From an uncultured delta proteobacterium (GTDB lineage: Bacteria; Desulfobacterota; RBG-13-43-22): DNA of 64,000 nt. Shown piece after piece: positions 51,294 through 64,000 of the stretch. A program made the position numbers and the translations under genes. Position 1 is the first letter of the stretch; each line of letters begins with the position of its first letter. Location of the stretch: NCBI GenBank assembly GCA_963790475.1, contig CAWBOS010000001.1, forward strand, positions 96,001 to 160,000, written 5' to 3'. The notes beneath the pieces are model-generated. The model was not told the DNA's origin. It searched no databases and saw only the letters and a list, made by a program, of their open reading frames with translations.

Positions 51294-52133
51294 ATGGGGA
51301 AATTAGAAGGGAAAGTGACCATTGTGACTGGAGCGAGCTGAGGTATCGGTAAAGCCATATCCAAGCTCTTCGCAGCCGAAGGGGCTAAGGTCGTTTGTGC
51401 TGCTCGCACCCTGGACGAAGGGGAGCATGTTTTCGAGGGTTCTCTCAACACGACGGTTTTAGAAATCCAGCAGGCTGGAGGCACTGCTTTAGCCGTACAG
51501 ACCAATACAGCCTCCGAGAATAGCTGTATCAAACTCGTTCAGACTGCCAAGGAAACCTTCGGTCCTGTCGATGTCTTGGTTAATGATGCGGCCCTTACTT
51601 ATTTTATCCCCATTAAAGACATGGGGGTACATCAATGGGATCGTTCCTGGGCGGTCGGTCCACGGGCTGTTTTTATCCTGTCTAAAACGGTGCTGCCGGA
51701 TATGATCGAACGCCGTAGCGGAGCCATCATCAACATTTCTTCCGGTGCAGCGATTGGACCAGGGCGTGGACCTTATCAACCAACTACCCGAAGCAGTACC
51801 AAGTACGGGGCTGAAAAAGCAGCCATAGAGCGTTTCTCTCAAGGACTGGCTGAAGAGGTTTACCCCTATGGTATAACCGTGGCGGCTTTGTCTCCTTCGC
51901 AGGTTGTGGTCACCCCAGGCACGGTCTATTTCAAATTAACCGCTCCTGAAAATCCGGACAGCGAGCCCCCGGAGATCATGGCCAGAGCAACCGTCCTTCT
52001 TGCCACCGAGCCGCTCGACAAAGTTACCGGTCTGGTCACTTATAGCCAGGCCATTCTCAAGGAGTATGGCTGGATCAGCAATGGTAAGGGCATTGGCATC
52101 GACCGACCAGGTAGCGGATACAGCCAGCGGTAG
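51294..52133 (+). pseudogene. SDR oxidoreductase with an in-frame TGA in the NAD(P)-binding motif
   Basis: MGKLEGKVTIVTGAS*GIG (TGA at 51339-51341), in frame with ORF 51576; YGAEK catalytic motif. Confidence 0.85.
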
Positions 52134-52362
52134 CCGAGGGACAAACAGTTAGGGCCTGTATACCAGATAACCCGTTAATCTGAATCATGTAGATATTTTT
52201 AACTAAAGAGAAGGGAATGGAGGGCTTGAACGCGCTCAAATATGATCTCTTTTATAGGGGATTATTAGCCCAAAGGGGACTTCCTTACAACTAAAAATCT
52301 ATCATAGTCTCTATCAAAAAGAATTTTTAAACCAACCTGGCACTGCCGGAGAGGAGGAATGC

Positions 52363-52812
52363 ATGGGCAAGATGGAATCCATTATTAAATCAGAGGTTCA
52401 GCGTTTGGCAAAGAAAGAGATCCATAAGGCGTCGGCTCCTTTGGCTCAAGATATTCGGTCGTTGAAAAACAAGGTCTCCCAACTTCGTAAGATTGTTTTA
52501 CGGCTCGAACGATCTACAGCTCATCAGAAAAACGTAAAGGGGATAAAAGAGGAAACACTGGAAGCATCACCGGAAGAAGTAAAAGCCTCTCGGTTTTCTC
52601 CCCGGTTGATTCGAAGCCTCCGTAGGCACTTGGGCATTTCCCAGAAGGAGTTAGCCATTCTCGCCGGCGTTTCGGTTGGGGCTGCGCACCTGTGGGAGAC
52701 AGGGAAGTTTAGGCCGAAGGACGAGAAGAAAAGGGTGCTGGTAGCTTTGAGGAAGCTTAGTCGTCGGGAGGTCAGAAGGCTTCTTGAAGATAAAACCGCC
52801 GGGGTACCTTGA
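52363..52812 (+). CDS. Coiled-coil + XRE-HTH protein
   Basis: LRRHLGISQKELAILAGVSVGAAHLWETG. Confidence 0.85.
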   Translation: MGKMESIIKSEVQRLAKKEIHKASAPLAQDIRSLKNKVSQLRKIVLRLERSTAHQKNVKGIKEETLEASPEEVKASRFSPRLIRSLRRHLGISQKELAILAGVSVGAAHLWETGKFRPKDEKKRVLVALRKLSRREVRRLLEDKTAGVP

Positions 52813-52827
52813 CGACTGTATGATAAT

Positions 52828-52901
52828 AGCCGGATGACGTGAGACTGTGTCGCCCGGCTCTGCGAGGGCCTGGGGGTGAGATTCCCCCGGGCTACTCGAC
52901 T
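52828..52901 (+). ncRNA. Group II intron domain V-VI remnant
   Basis: agccggatgacgtgagactgtgtcgcccggctct (AGC triad, GAGA tetraloop), then a D6 hairpin ending ctactcgac. Confidence 0.8.
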
Positions 52902-53023
52902 CATTCTTTTTCTATTTACTTTTCCCATTAAAAGACTACGATATAATCACAAATTAAAAAGTTGGGCAAAGTTGCTCTGCGGTAAAACCTCCTGAGGACC
53001 TAAAACGAACGGACTCTACCGAC

Positions 53024-53764
53024 GTGGAACGGGAGATGTCCATCCATCCTGATGACAAAGAACTGGTGAAATCTCATCTTGAAATAGTCCCCCAAGAAGC
53101 TAAACTCCACAACTTGGAATTCCGGATTATCACCAAGGAAGGTGGACACTGTTGGATATTACATTCTTGCCTCCCGGTCCACAATGATCAAGACCAATAC
53201 ATCGGTCGGTCTGGGACGAACCGGGAAATAACCAAAGGAAAGCAGGCCGAGGAGGCGCTGCAACTGGCACACGATGAACTGGAACAGCGTGTGGCTGCAA
53301 GGACGGAGGAGTTGCGGCAGGCCAATAAGGATCTACAGGCAGAAATCACCGAGCGCAAACGAACCGAAGAGGCACTCCTGGAATCCGAAACCCGTCTTCG
53401 GTGGTTGAACGAACATATTCTGAACATGGTCATGGTCCTGTCTCATGATGTCAGGGGGCCATTGATCTCCATCGTCGCCATCTTGCAACTTTTGTTTCGA
53501 GGCTCCTACGGAAAGCTGGATCAAAATCTGGCCAACACCGTCAAGGACCTTTTGTCCCGTTGCCTCCGCCTGCTGGGGACTGCGGAAGATTACATAGGGA
53601 AAGCCTCCATTGTCGACGGCTCAGTAAAAATGGAACGGGAGGTGCTGGACCTGCGACAGGATATCATCGATACCGTGCTGGACGAACTGGCTGACGATAT
53701 CACTAAGAATGAGATTGTGATCGACAATATGGCCCTACATTTCTTTGCGTATTTCGAATGGTAA
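53024..53764 (+). pseudogene. PAS-HisKA sensor kinase fragment
   Basis: HPDD...PAC and SHDVRGPL; no HATPase domain and no N-terminus. Confidence 0.75.
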
Positions 53765-54040
53765 TCGTTGTTTCGTGTCACTGTGGGTTTAAATAGTTGG
53801 TGTACCCCACAAAGGAGAGCCAAGGTAAATGTTCTTGTTAACAACCGAACCGCGGAGAATGCCCCGCTGATCACCCAGATGATTGCCGAGAAATTCCTTC
53901 ACCAGGTTCCCCGGTCCCCGATCCGCCCAATGAAAAAAGGTTGAGGAAATCCGAATTAAATAACTTTCATTAGCGCCAACAATTCAATTATCGTCTAATA
54001 CCAACCAGTAATAAGGCTAGCAAGGGAAGCCAAGAAAATA

Positions 54041-54074
54041 AAAAAAAGCCCCCGAGAATAAAGGGGGCTTTTTT
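54041..54074. terminator. Intrinsic terminator downstream of groEL (bidirectional type)
   Basis: aaaaaagccccc-gagaataaa-gggggctttttt. Confidence 0.8.
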
Positions 54075-54096
54075 GCTTACCATAAAGGTTGACGAT

Positions 54097-55753
<1,657 letters not shown>

Positions 55754-55765
55754 TTACTTCCTCCT

Positions 55766-56122
55766 TTATTCTATTACGCCTAAGATGTCTTCTTCTCGCA
55801 TCATTAAAAATTCTTCGCCTTCAATCTTTATTTCGGTCCCGGAATATTTTCCGAATAAAATTTTGTCCCCCACCTTGACATCCAGTGTCAATTTAGTCCC
55901 ATTTTCCAAGATCTTACCTGGCCCTACGGCAATAACCTTGCCTTCTTGGGGTTTTTCCTTGGCGGTATCCGGGATAATAATTCCTCCTTTGGTCTTTTCT
56001 TCTTCCTCAAGCCTTTGGGGTTTTTCCTTGGCGGTATCCGGGATAATAATTCCTCCTTTGGTCTTTTCTTCTTCCTCAAGCCGCTGTACAATGACCCGAT
56101 CATGTAATGGCCTAATTTTCAT
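55766..56122 (-). CDS. groES: Co-chaperonin GroES with a 23-aa tandem duplication
   Basis: [19 protein letters not shown] (twice) and GDKILF. Confidence 0.9.
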   Translation of the reverse strand: MKIRPLHDRVIVQRLEEEEKTKGGIIIPDTAKEKPQRLEEEEKTKGGIIIPDTAKEKPQEGKVIAVGPGKILENGTKLTLDVKVGDKILFGKYSGTEIKIEGEEFLMMREEDILGVIE

Positions 56123-56158
56123 AATGTTCTCTCCTTCTTTAAAGAAATTCTTCGATTT

Positions 56159-56185
56159 TTAGCACTCTATTTAGATGAGTGCTAT
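56159..56185. promoter_or_regulatory. CIRCE element (HrcA operator)
   Basis: TTAGCACTC-N9-GAGTGCTAT, one mismatch to consensus, upstream of groES. Confidence 0.9.
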
Positions 56186-56760
56186 TTTTAATATAAGCAT
56201 AAAATTTTAGAATACAAGTAAAAAATTCAAACCTTTGGAATATCCCCCTTTAGAATATAATTAATCATCTATTGGTATCTTTCTCCATCCCTTCGGGTGC
56301 ACAGGGCATAAGAATGTCCGCTTTGGCCGTATTGAGGCGCACTAAGCCATAACTGCCTTTGGCCGGGACAAACTCTTCTTGGTTAAGGGGTGTGCAGAAG
56401 AAAACTTTACAATTCATCCCGCTTCTTTAAGAAAAAAAACTGATTCTATAACGGGAGTGACGCAGCCTAAGCAGAAGGGTGAGGTCCGGTTTTTCCTTGA
56501 CCGATTCTTTGATTTGTCTGATAATTTTGCCAAAAATAATTCAAGGGGGTAAAAATCATGAAAAGAATCCATATTCCGGTCCTAGCCCTCTTACTATTGG
56601 GGGTGGCCTTTTTTCCGATGCGTTGACCTGGTTCTGCGGAAACTATAGGGGAGAGCCTAGACAGCGGGTTAAGCTTACTTTTGAAAAAGTACATGAAGTC
56701 TGGGAATTGGATAAGGAAGAGACCAGCGGCGGCAGTTGCGGTTAAAAGTTTTGAGTGCCC

Positions 56761-56803
56761 GGCTCAAAGCTCACGGCTCATAGCTGATAGCTCATAGCTG
56801 ATA
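56761..56803 (+). repeat. 7-nt tandem repeat tract
   Basis: gctcaaa-gctcacg-gctcata-gctgata-gctcata-gctgata. Confidence 0.75.
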
Positions 56804-56939
56804 GGAAATAACTTATAGAGACCCTATTGAGGTCGAAAGAAGGGTCTTTCGTTTCCTTCCGGAGACGAAGCCGACCCGGATAAGGAATTCATTGGCTGGT
56901 ATGAGCCTTCTATATTTTAAATGAAATGGAGGTTGAAGC

Positions 56940-57223
56940 ATGAAGGGGAAGGTTAAGCGGAATGCTCCCGAAATTGTTCTAAAAGAAGGTAAACCCTCAG
57001 CCGTAATTCTTGACATTGATGAATATCGAGAAATGTTGGAACGTCTAGAGGATCTCGAAGACTTAAACATGCTCAAGGAAATAAGAAAGACAGAAAAATA
57101 ACAGGTTCAAGTAACGATTGGCGTATAAGAATTGGCGACTATCGTATCATTTACGAGATCGACGATAAATTAAAGACAGCGAGGATTATGAAAGTCCATC
57201 GCCGGGATGTTTATCAAAGATAA
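56940..57223 (+). pseudogene. Phd/YefM-like antitoxin and RelE toxin pair with central deletion
   Basis: 56940-57101 GKPSAVILDIDEY...EDLED; 57092-57223 RKITGSSNDWRIRIGDYRIIYEIDD...HRRDVY with no start codon. Confidence 0.75.
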
Positions 57224-57443
57224 TAAATAGCGTTCCGTTCTTTGAAGAGGCCGATTGTTACAATCTTAGGAGGATCGAGGGTCAGGTTCAGAATCTTGCC
57301 CATGCCTTGCAAATTCTAGCTGAAATCTCAAAGCTAATGGAGAAGGGGTCAAGGCCAGGTGTGACTTTTATCATGGGGTCACGGGGTCACCCTGATCCTA
57401 CCCCAGTCTAACGCACAGTCACGAATTAGCGGGATTGTAAAAC

Positions 57444-58268
57444 ATGAAAATATTCATCGTTGCGGACATCGAAGGCGCCGTCGGAGTCAGTAAGCGGAGC
57501 CAGTGCTATTTCATGAAGCCGGATTTTCAATACGGCAGGCGATGCCTGACCGACGATGTGAACGCCGTCGTGAAGGGCGCGATCGAAGCCGGGGCGGACC
57601 GCATCGTTGTACGGGACACACATGAGACAGGGCAGAATATCATCAGGGAGAACCTACATCCCGGAGTCGAATACATCGGTGGGCAGCTGGCTCAGCCGTT
57701 CCCGATCCTTGGCGACCCCAGCGGCGCGGATCTGGTTTTTCTCGTGGCCTCCCACGCGCGTTCAGGCAGTTCCGGCGGTTTTTTCGCGCATACTTTTTTC
57801 GGTGGTTTCAGCGAGGTGCGGATAAACGGGAATCCCGTTGGCGAGGCTTTCATTTATGCCGCCACCCTTTCCGAGTGGGGCATCCCGATAGCTTTCAACT
57901 CCGGAGACAGGCAGGCGATCCGTGAGTCCTTGTCAATAGTGCCGTGGCTCAAAACCGTGGAGGTGCCGAAGGAGGAGGAGTATTATTCCGTTCAAGAAGC
58001 GGAGGAAAGAATCTCGGGACTGCGGGAGCAGCTCCGCGCCGGCGCCTTCGAAGCGGTGAAGGGTATCGGAGAAATGAAGTGCCTGGAATTACAACCGGAT
58101 TCATTTTGGGAAGTGGATATTAAAAAGACTGATTTAGCAGAGAAAATAAATGTGGCGGGGGCATCACTGGCCGGCGGGACCCTGAGCTGGTCTGCCCGAA
58201 CATATCTGGAGGGATTCGATACGTTTTTCAAGCTGGTTGAGGCGGCCTTCCTGGCCTACAGTTCATAG
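57444..58268 (+). CDS. M55-family D-aminopeptidase (DppA-like)
   Basis: ADIEG, RDTH, HAR, AHT and SGD motifs. Confidence 0.88.
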   Translation: MKIFIVADIEGAVGVSKRSQCYFMKPDFQYGRRCLTDDVNAVVKGAIEAGADRIVVRDTHETGQNIIRENLHPGVEYIGGQLAQPFPILGDPSGADLVFLVASHARSGSSGGFFAHTFFGGFSEVRINGNPVGEAFIYAATLSEWGIPIAFNSGDRQAIRESLSIVPWLKTVEVPKEEEYYSVQEAEERISGLREQLRAGAFEAVKGIGEMKCLELQPDSFWEVDIKKTDLAEKINVAGASLAGGTLSWSARTYLEGFDTFFKLVEAAFLAYSS

Positions 58269-58334
58269 ATTGAATCTTGGGAGAAGGGTCAAGTCTATGG
58301 TTGACTTTTCTTACCGGGTCTCATGGACAAATCT

Positions 58335-58520
58335 TAAGCCATGGCAATTTGAATCATTTAATCCGGGGCGTTGTTGAATCGGCATATTGCGAACCCTGTG
58401 GACCAGCAAAGTCTCGAACCGTCAGGCCACATGACCGACGGGCTAAAGCAGGCCTTTCGATTCCTGCCTAAATGGAGAAAGGATCACCATCTTCTCCATT
58501 TCCTTCCGCACTATTTTTCT
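58335..58520 (+). repeat. Mosaic intergenic repeat, copy 5
   Basis: Aligns to the 44104 copy, including ggatcac.atct. Confidence 0.85.
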
Positions 58521-58703
58521 TCGTGGCCCTCCCTTTTTTTAATAAGCTTACTGTCAATAAGTAATTTTTTATTAAACTGAGTGCCACGACTCAGGGGGTT
58601 GTGTTAAATCTCCTTGACAGGCAAAACTATTTTTCATATCGTCAAATCACGTAAAAAGGAACTTCTTCTCAACTTTATTGGCTTTTTGCCGGGAGGTATT
58701 TAG

Positions 58704-59750
58704 ATGCGCGGATGGATTTTATTGGGCAGACAAGCTTTGGTTGGGGCTTTGGTTGCGGTGTTCGGATTGGCTTCAATGGATGTGCAGGGTCAGGAGTTGG
58801 TGGCCGACTTCAAAGCGGGACCGCCAACCGGGGTGTATGCCTTCGCGAGCAGCACGCCCAAGCTACTTCCGGATCTGGTCAAGCCCGGTGCAAGTGGCGG
58901 AGCGGTGAACATCGTCGGCCATCTATTCCTGCCACAGGGCAGCGGTAAGGTGCCTGTGGTGTTGCTGATGCATGGCTCGGGTGGCATTTACAATGCGATG
59001 CTCGGTTACTGGCCGAAGCTGCTCAATGCGCAGGGTATAGCGGTCTTTTCACTGGATCGTTTCGGACCGTGGGGCGTGAAAAGCACAACGGACGACCAGT
59101 CGCAGGTACCGTTCGCAGCGGATGTGGCCGACGCCTTTGCCGCCTTGCGTCTGCTTGCCTCCCATCCGCGCATCGACGCCCAGCGCATTGCAATCATGGG
59201 ATTCTCGCGCGGCGGCATTGCGTCCTGGCGCACGGCGGTAGAGCGCATCATTGCCGCACAGCAGTTGCCGGATGGGCTACGCTTCGCGGCGCATATCCAG
59301 TTGTATTCGGCGGGTTGCTCCGGCATTTTCCGGCTGATCGTCAAACCGGGGATTTTTTCCAAGGCCCCCGAACTGTGGATTCATGGCGATGCGGACGACT
59401 ATACACCCATCGGCGCCTGTCGAGACTATTCAAAGCGCATCAGTGAAGCGGGTACCCCGGTCGAATTCATGAGCTTGCCGGGCGTATATCATAAGTTCGA
59501 TGACGACGATCAGCGCCGCATTACCGTGCGGTCCGCACCGCACACCATGGATAATTGCCCGCTGGAGATGGATATCGATACGCTGGCGACCTATGACCAC
59601 AACACCGGCCAGCGATTGTCAGGAATTTCTTACCTGCAGGCCGTCAAAAGCTGCAGCACGCTTGGCGCTACCGTGCAGGGCAACAGTTCTGCGCGGGATA
59701 AGGCGGGGCAGGCGACCGTGGCCTTTCTACGTAAAGTGTTCGGACTCTAA
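58704..59750 (+). CDS. Exported dienelactone-hydrolase-family alpha/beta hydrolase
   Basis: Signal peptide, HGSGG, GFSRGG, HGDADD and YHKFD. Confidence 0.85.
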   Translation: MRGWILLGRQALVGALVAVFGLASMDVQGQELVADFKAGPPTGVYAFASSTPKLLPDLVKPGASGGAVNIVGHLFLPQGSGKVPVVLLMHGSGGIYNAMLGYWPKLLNAQGIAVFSLDRFGPWGVKSTTDDQSQVPFAADVADAFAALRLLASHPRIDAQRIAIMGFSRGGIASWRTAVERIIAAQQLPDGLRFAAHIQLYSAGCSGIFRLIVKPGIFSKAPELWIHGDADDYTPIGACRDYSKRISEAGTPVEFMSLPGVYHKFDDDDQRRITVRSAPHTMDNCPLEMDIDTLATYDHNTGQRLSGISYLQAVKSCSTLGATVQGNSSARDKAGQATVAFLRKVFGL

Positions 59751-59863
59751 CGGCTTCGTGGTGAATCGAGAGGGTTGTAAAATTTCTCATAAGCCAAAAG
59801 GGCGCATTTATTTGGGATCAGGGGTCGGACCACCTGAACTGAAAATTTCATCATTATTTCTCC

Positions 59864-59892
59864 TTGCTCCGGTCCTTTTCTTGACTTATACT
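59864..59892 (+). promoter_or_regulatory. Repeated promoter module
   Basis: TTGCTC-17-TATACT with spacer cggtccttttcttgact, related to the copies at 41442 and 48323. Confidence 0.65.
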
Positions 59893-59970
59893 CTTCCCAT
59901 CAAAAATGAAATTCCGGCCAAAAGATTCTTATTTATCACTCCTTGACGGATTCTTCCAGGGAGGTCAACC

Positions 59971-60437
59971 ATGACCAGTAGCGCCTAAAGAACTCAATCG
60001 CAGGAAATTGGTGGTTTATACGCACCCCAATATTCCTCCGGGTAGTGACGTGCCGAAGCTCGGCTGGCCGGCGCCTCTGGTAGAGTTTGTTTTTGATACA
60101 ACCAGAGCGGTGACCAACCTGGTTTTGAATGGTACTGGCCGAAACTTCCCCGCTGTTGAGAGAGATTGCTCCAAAAGGAGTCATTGCCTATCTCAAGGGA
60201 TTCTATTATGACACCGCTCTCTCGGTGACACCCTATGCGCTTCCGTGTCTTCGGACCCTGGCTGACTCCTCACACATCGTGTTTGGCAGCGATTATCCTT
60301 TTACCCCGGAGCCGGAGTTGTCGATGGGAAAGACGGCGGAAAACCTTCATCGGTATGGGTGCTTTGACAAAGAAGAGCTCATGGCGGTGGAGAGAACCAA
60401 TGCCTTAAAACTTTTTTCCCGGCTCCGCGAGAATTAG
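59971..60437 (+). pseudogene. Amidohydrolase (ACMSD/decarboxylase-like) remnant with deletions
   Basis: ELNRRKLVVYTHP...DTTRAVTNLVLNG in one frame; FYYDTA...VFGSDYPF...NA..LF in another. Confidence 0.75.
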
Positions 60438-60517
60438 GGTCTGCTGCCGATTAGCCGAATGGGGCCCGGACCAGGGGAAGTAAACTTCACCAAGGTTTAA
60501 ATAATAGGAAGGAAACC

Positions 60518-62311
60518 ATGAAAAGGAAAAAGGCCATACGTATCGGGGGCGCCTCGGCGTTTTTGGGGGATTCCTCCATAGCGGTGCCCCAGCTCATCCA
60601 AGGTGGACAGGTTGATTATATTATCATGGATTATTTGGCCGAAGTGACCATGTCCTATCTGGCCCGGTCGAAGGCCAAACGCTCCCACATGGGCTACGCC
60701 CCTTATTTCGTGGAGGTCACCATGTCCCAAAATATCCGGGAGATCGCCGGAAGGGGAATTAAAATCGTGACTAATGCCGGAGGTATAAATCCCCAGGCCT
60801 GTCGCGACGCCGTTTTGAAGATAGCCGATCATCAGGGGGTCAAGGTCAACATTGCGGTGGTCGAAGGGGACGATCTGATGCCCCGCCACGCGGAACTGGC
60901 GGCCCGTAATATCACCGAAATGAACACCGGGGAACCCTGGCCGGAAAAGATGATGAATATGAACGCCTACCTGGGCGCCCAACCGATCAAAGAAGCCCTG
61001 GATATGGGTGCCGATATCGTGATTACCGGCCGGGTGGTGGACAGCGCCCTGACCCTGGGACCTCTGATGCATGAATTCGGGTGGCCTGAGACCGACTATG
61101 ATCTGCTGGCCGCCGGAAGCCTGGCCGGGCACATCATTGAATGCGGGGCCCAGGCTTCCGGCGGGTTATTCACCGATTGGCAGGAAGTTCCCGACTGGGC
61201 CAATATCGGATACCCGGTAATCGAATGTTACCAAGACGGCCGTTTCGTGGTAACCAAACCGGTTGATACCGGGGGGCTGGTGGTCCCCGCCGCCGTCTCG
61301 GAACAAATGCTTTACGAGATCGGCGATCCCCAGATCTACCTTTTACCGGATGTGACCGGCGATTTTTCGCAAGTCCGGATGAACCAGATAGGGGAAAACC
61401 AGGTGGAAGTCTCCGGGGCCGTCGGCCGGCCTCCGACATCGACCTATAAGGTGTATGGGGCCTTTCATGACGGCTACCGCTGCATTGCCGTATTGCCGGT
61501 GATCGGCATGCAGGCCGTTCAAAAGGCCGAACGTCAGGCCAGGGCCCTTATTGAAAGGACCGAAGCCATTTTCCAAAAACAGAGTTTCGGTAAATACCGG
61601 GCCACGCTGATCGAATGCCTGGGGGCCGAATCCGCCTATGGTCCGCATGCCCGGACCAGAGATACCCGGGAAACCGCCTGTAAAATTTCTTTGGAACATG
61701 ACCTCCGGGAGCCTCTGGAAATCTTTGCCAACGAGGTCTTCGCCCCCACCACATCCATGGCGCCGGGCACCACCGGCTGGTTTGCCGGTAAACCAGCCGT
61801 ATCCCCGGTGATCAAGCTCTTTTCCTTTCTAATTCCCAAAGGGGAAGTCCCTTTTCAGGTCACGGTGGGGGAACAGAAACGGTCTTTCAGGCCGGAACCA
61901 GGGAACACCTTTGATCCGGGCTCGATTGTCCGACCCCGGGTGGAAGACGCCGGACAGGCTCCGGGGGATCTCCTTACCGTTCCTCTGATTCGACTGGCCT
62001 GGGGACGCAGCGGCGATAAGGGGAATTCATGCAATATCGGCATCATCGCCCGGAAGCCGGAATTTCTGCCTTTCATTCGTAAGGCGCTCACCCCCTCGGC
62101 CGTTCATCAATTTATGAACCATGTGTTCGACGGGGCCAAAAATCCGAGAGTGGAGCGATTTGATCTGCCGGGCGTCCGGGCCTTGAACTTCGTACTGCAT
62201 GAATCTCTGGGGGGCGGGCAAGCGGCCTCGTTGCGCCTCGATCCGCTGGCCAAGGGAATGGCCCAGCAACTTCTGGAATTCCCGATCCCCATTCCGGCTT
62301 CGCTGCTTTAA
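60518..62311 (+). CDS. Acyclic terpene utilisation AtuA-family protein
   Basis: DYLAEVTM, NAGGINP, NAYLGA, GHIIECGAQASGG and RSGDKGN. Confidence 0.9.
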   Translation: MKRKKAIRIGGASAFLGDSSIAVPQLIQGGQVDYIIMDYLAEVTMSYLARSKAKRSHMGYAPYFVEVTMSQNIREIAGRGIKIVTNAGGINPQACRDAVLKIADHQGVKVNIAVVEGDDLMPRHAELAARNITEMNTGEPWPEKMMNMNAYLGAQPIKEALDMGADIVITGRVVDSALTLGPLMHEFGWPETDYDLLAAGSLAGHIIECGAQASGGLFTDWQEVPDWANIGYPVIECYQDGRFVVTKPVDTGGLVVPAAVSEQMLYEIGDPQIYLLPDVTGDFSQVRMNQIGENQVEVSGAVGRPPTSTYKVYGAFHDGYRCIAVLPVIGMQAVQKAERQARALIERTEAIFQKQSFGKYRATLIECLGAESAYGPHARTRDTRETACKISLEHDLREPLEIFANEVFAPTTSMAPGTTGWFAGKPAVSPVIKLFSFLIPKGEVPFQVTVGEQKRSFRPEPGNTFDPGSIVRPRVEDAGQAPGDLLTVPLIRLAWGRSGDKGNSCNIGIIARKPEFLPFIRKALTPSAVHQFMNHVFDGAKNPRVERFDLPGVRALNFVLHESLGGGQAASLRLDPLAKGMAQQLLEFPIPIPASLL

Positions 62312-62396
62312 GGACCGATTTTTCCCCGGCCGGGGTTATAGTTTTCAATGATAGTCTATTAGAACCCAAGGTGAATTTCCAGGGACGGATGCCCGG

Positions 62397-62690
62397 TCAG
62401 TCCCAATACCCAACTTGTTTGAAGCGGAGGGTCATATTCCCGCATTGGGGACAAAGATAGTTGGTATCCGGTAGAACGAAAACTCCCTTGGGGTAGGCGT
62501 TCCAGGAGAAGACCTTTTTAGCGTCCTTCGAGCTCTTGCCGGAATTTGGCATTTTCTCCTGGAGTGAAGGATCATTGTAGAAGACGACTTTTCCGCTGCA
62601 GGCTTTACACTGGGGATCATTTTCCAGCCAGTTGAGAATTTCCATGTCGCCACCCTGGTAAGCCAGATCGTAGTCGGCGTACTCGACCTC
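62397..62690 (-). pseudogene. C-terminal fragment of a Zn-ribbon-like hypothetical protein
   Basis: CKAC and CPQCG, ending GYWD; the 5' part overlaps the cyclase remnant. Confidence 0.4.
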
Positions 62691-62699
62691 ACCACGCCC

Positions 62700-63945
62700 A
62701 TGAATTTCATCACCACCCACTTTTTAACGCTGGCGCAAGGAGGTAAGCCGGTATTCACTCTTTTCGGACTCCAGCGTTCATCACCGGTGATGGTGATGGT
62801 CCTGGCTCCTCTCGTGGTTATCATTTCCATCATACTCCGACCCATATCAAAATGTATCCGTATGTGGGGGCAAGGACAAGAACCCTCCCTTCAACTTCTA
62901 AGCAGGGCCCGCCAACGTCTCCTGAATGTGCCCTTTCTTATCATTCCTACCCATCTGCTTTTGTGGATTACCCTGCCCGGATTCTTCTTCGGATATGGCA
63001 CCCTCACCGAAAACATAGATGCTCACTCAGCCCTGGTGCTCTGGATAAGAACCGCCATGGTCGGCTTCATCGCCACTGCCTTCGCTTTCTTTTCCACCGA
63101 ATCCCAGGCGCGAAAGTTGCTCATCCCCTATTTTTTCCGCAAGGCCGGCTCGTTGAAATCAAGGGAGCTGCCCGATTGCTCATTAGCAGGAGAATCCGGG
63201 CCGTGTATCGCCTCTCAGGGGGGTGCGGGTGGTCAGCAATGACGAAATCGGGGCACTGGGGGATTCCACAAATACTATGATCGAGGGGCTGGCCGAAAGG
63301 GAAGTAATACGTTCGATGTTCGGCAGGTATGTGTCGCCCGAAATCCGGGACGAAATTCTGAGCGGGCGCATCCCGCTCGAAGGAGAATTGAGGGAAGCCA
63401 CGGTGCTGTTCGCGGATCTGAGGGATTTCACTCCCTTGGTCGAGTCGATGCCGCCGAAGGAGGCGGTGAAGATAATCAACGGGTATTTCCAGGCCATGGA
63501 CGAGGCCATACGTCAACACAATGGACTAATTCTGCAATACATCGGGGATGCGATCCTGGCGGTTTTCGGAGTACCCCTCCCGCGCGCGGATCACCCCGCC
63601 TCAGCGTCACGCGCGGCCCTGGCAATGTGCAGGGAACTCGAAAAATTCAACGCTATGATCGCCCTGGAGGGAAGAAAACCTATCCGTCACGGGATGGGTG
63701 TGAACACCGGCATGGTACTGGCCGCCAATATCGGAAGCCACGATCGGGTGACTTATTCCCTAATCGGGGATGCGGTGAACGTCGCCTCCCGAATTCAGGA
63801 TCTCACCAAAGATTTTGACTACGACATTATTCTGAGCGAGACCACCCGGCAAAGTCTGGGCCAAGAATTCATCCTCAAGAAATTGCCGCCAGCAAGAGTG
63901 AAAGGCAAACAGAACCCGTTAAACCTCTACGCCTTACTTGGCTAA
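62700..63945 (+). pseudogene. Membrane HAMP / class III adenylate-guanylate cyclase, frameshifted and deleted upstream of an intact cyclase domain (63223-63945)
   Basis: LFADLRDFT, YIGDA, IGDAVNVASR and VKGK; frame switch at the T-run near 63131 and a jump near 63220. Confidence 0.8.
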
Positions 63946-64000
63946 GCTTGCATATTTCAAACAGTCATCGCTAACTTTCCGGTCTATCTTCTTATTACAT

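Noticed and set aside
51339-51341. Selenocysteine readthrough in the SDR
   Set aside because: The position is normally Arg (GASRGIG), consistent with CGA to TGA; it is not a Cys site and no obvious SECIS is seen.

Overview
Bacterial accessory region, probably Desulfobacterota/deltaproteobacterial (inferred from gene content: tungsten AOR, ADP-forming acyl-CoA ligase, sigma54/IHF promoter, CIRCE-groESL). All protein family calls come from recognising motifs by eye; no database searches were run. 1-13 kb: partial IS5/IS1182-like element, regulators, larA, a GC-rich serine palmitoyltransferase plus KDSR-like reductase pair, coaE, a four-helix-bundle gene flanked by inverted short repeats (with deleted and partial copies), an IS1202-type IS inserted in the palindrome upstream of a toxin-antitoxin pair, and a four-layer nested palindromic mini-element. 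13.3-22.6 kb: a defence island of radC, a nuclease-MTase fusion, a specificity subunit, a translationally coupled DGQHR/DndB-like plus nucleoside-deoxyribosyltransferase-like fusion, an Mrr-type nuclease, an IS1595 and a TIR protein. 23-64 kb: mostly + strand, unrelated 1-3 gene units separated by ends of a RAYT (HUH Y1 transposase) element and a recurring mosaic repeat carrying a sigma70-like promoter. This part also has many genes with internal deletions, an orphan group II intron D5/D6, and a damaged groESL. No rRNA, tRNA, CRISPR array or integron integrase was seen.
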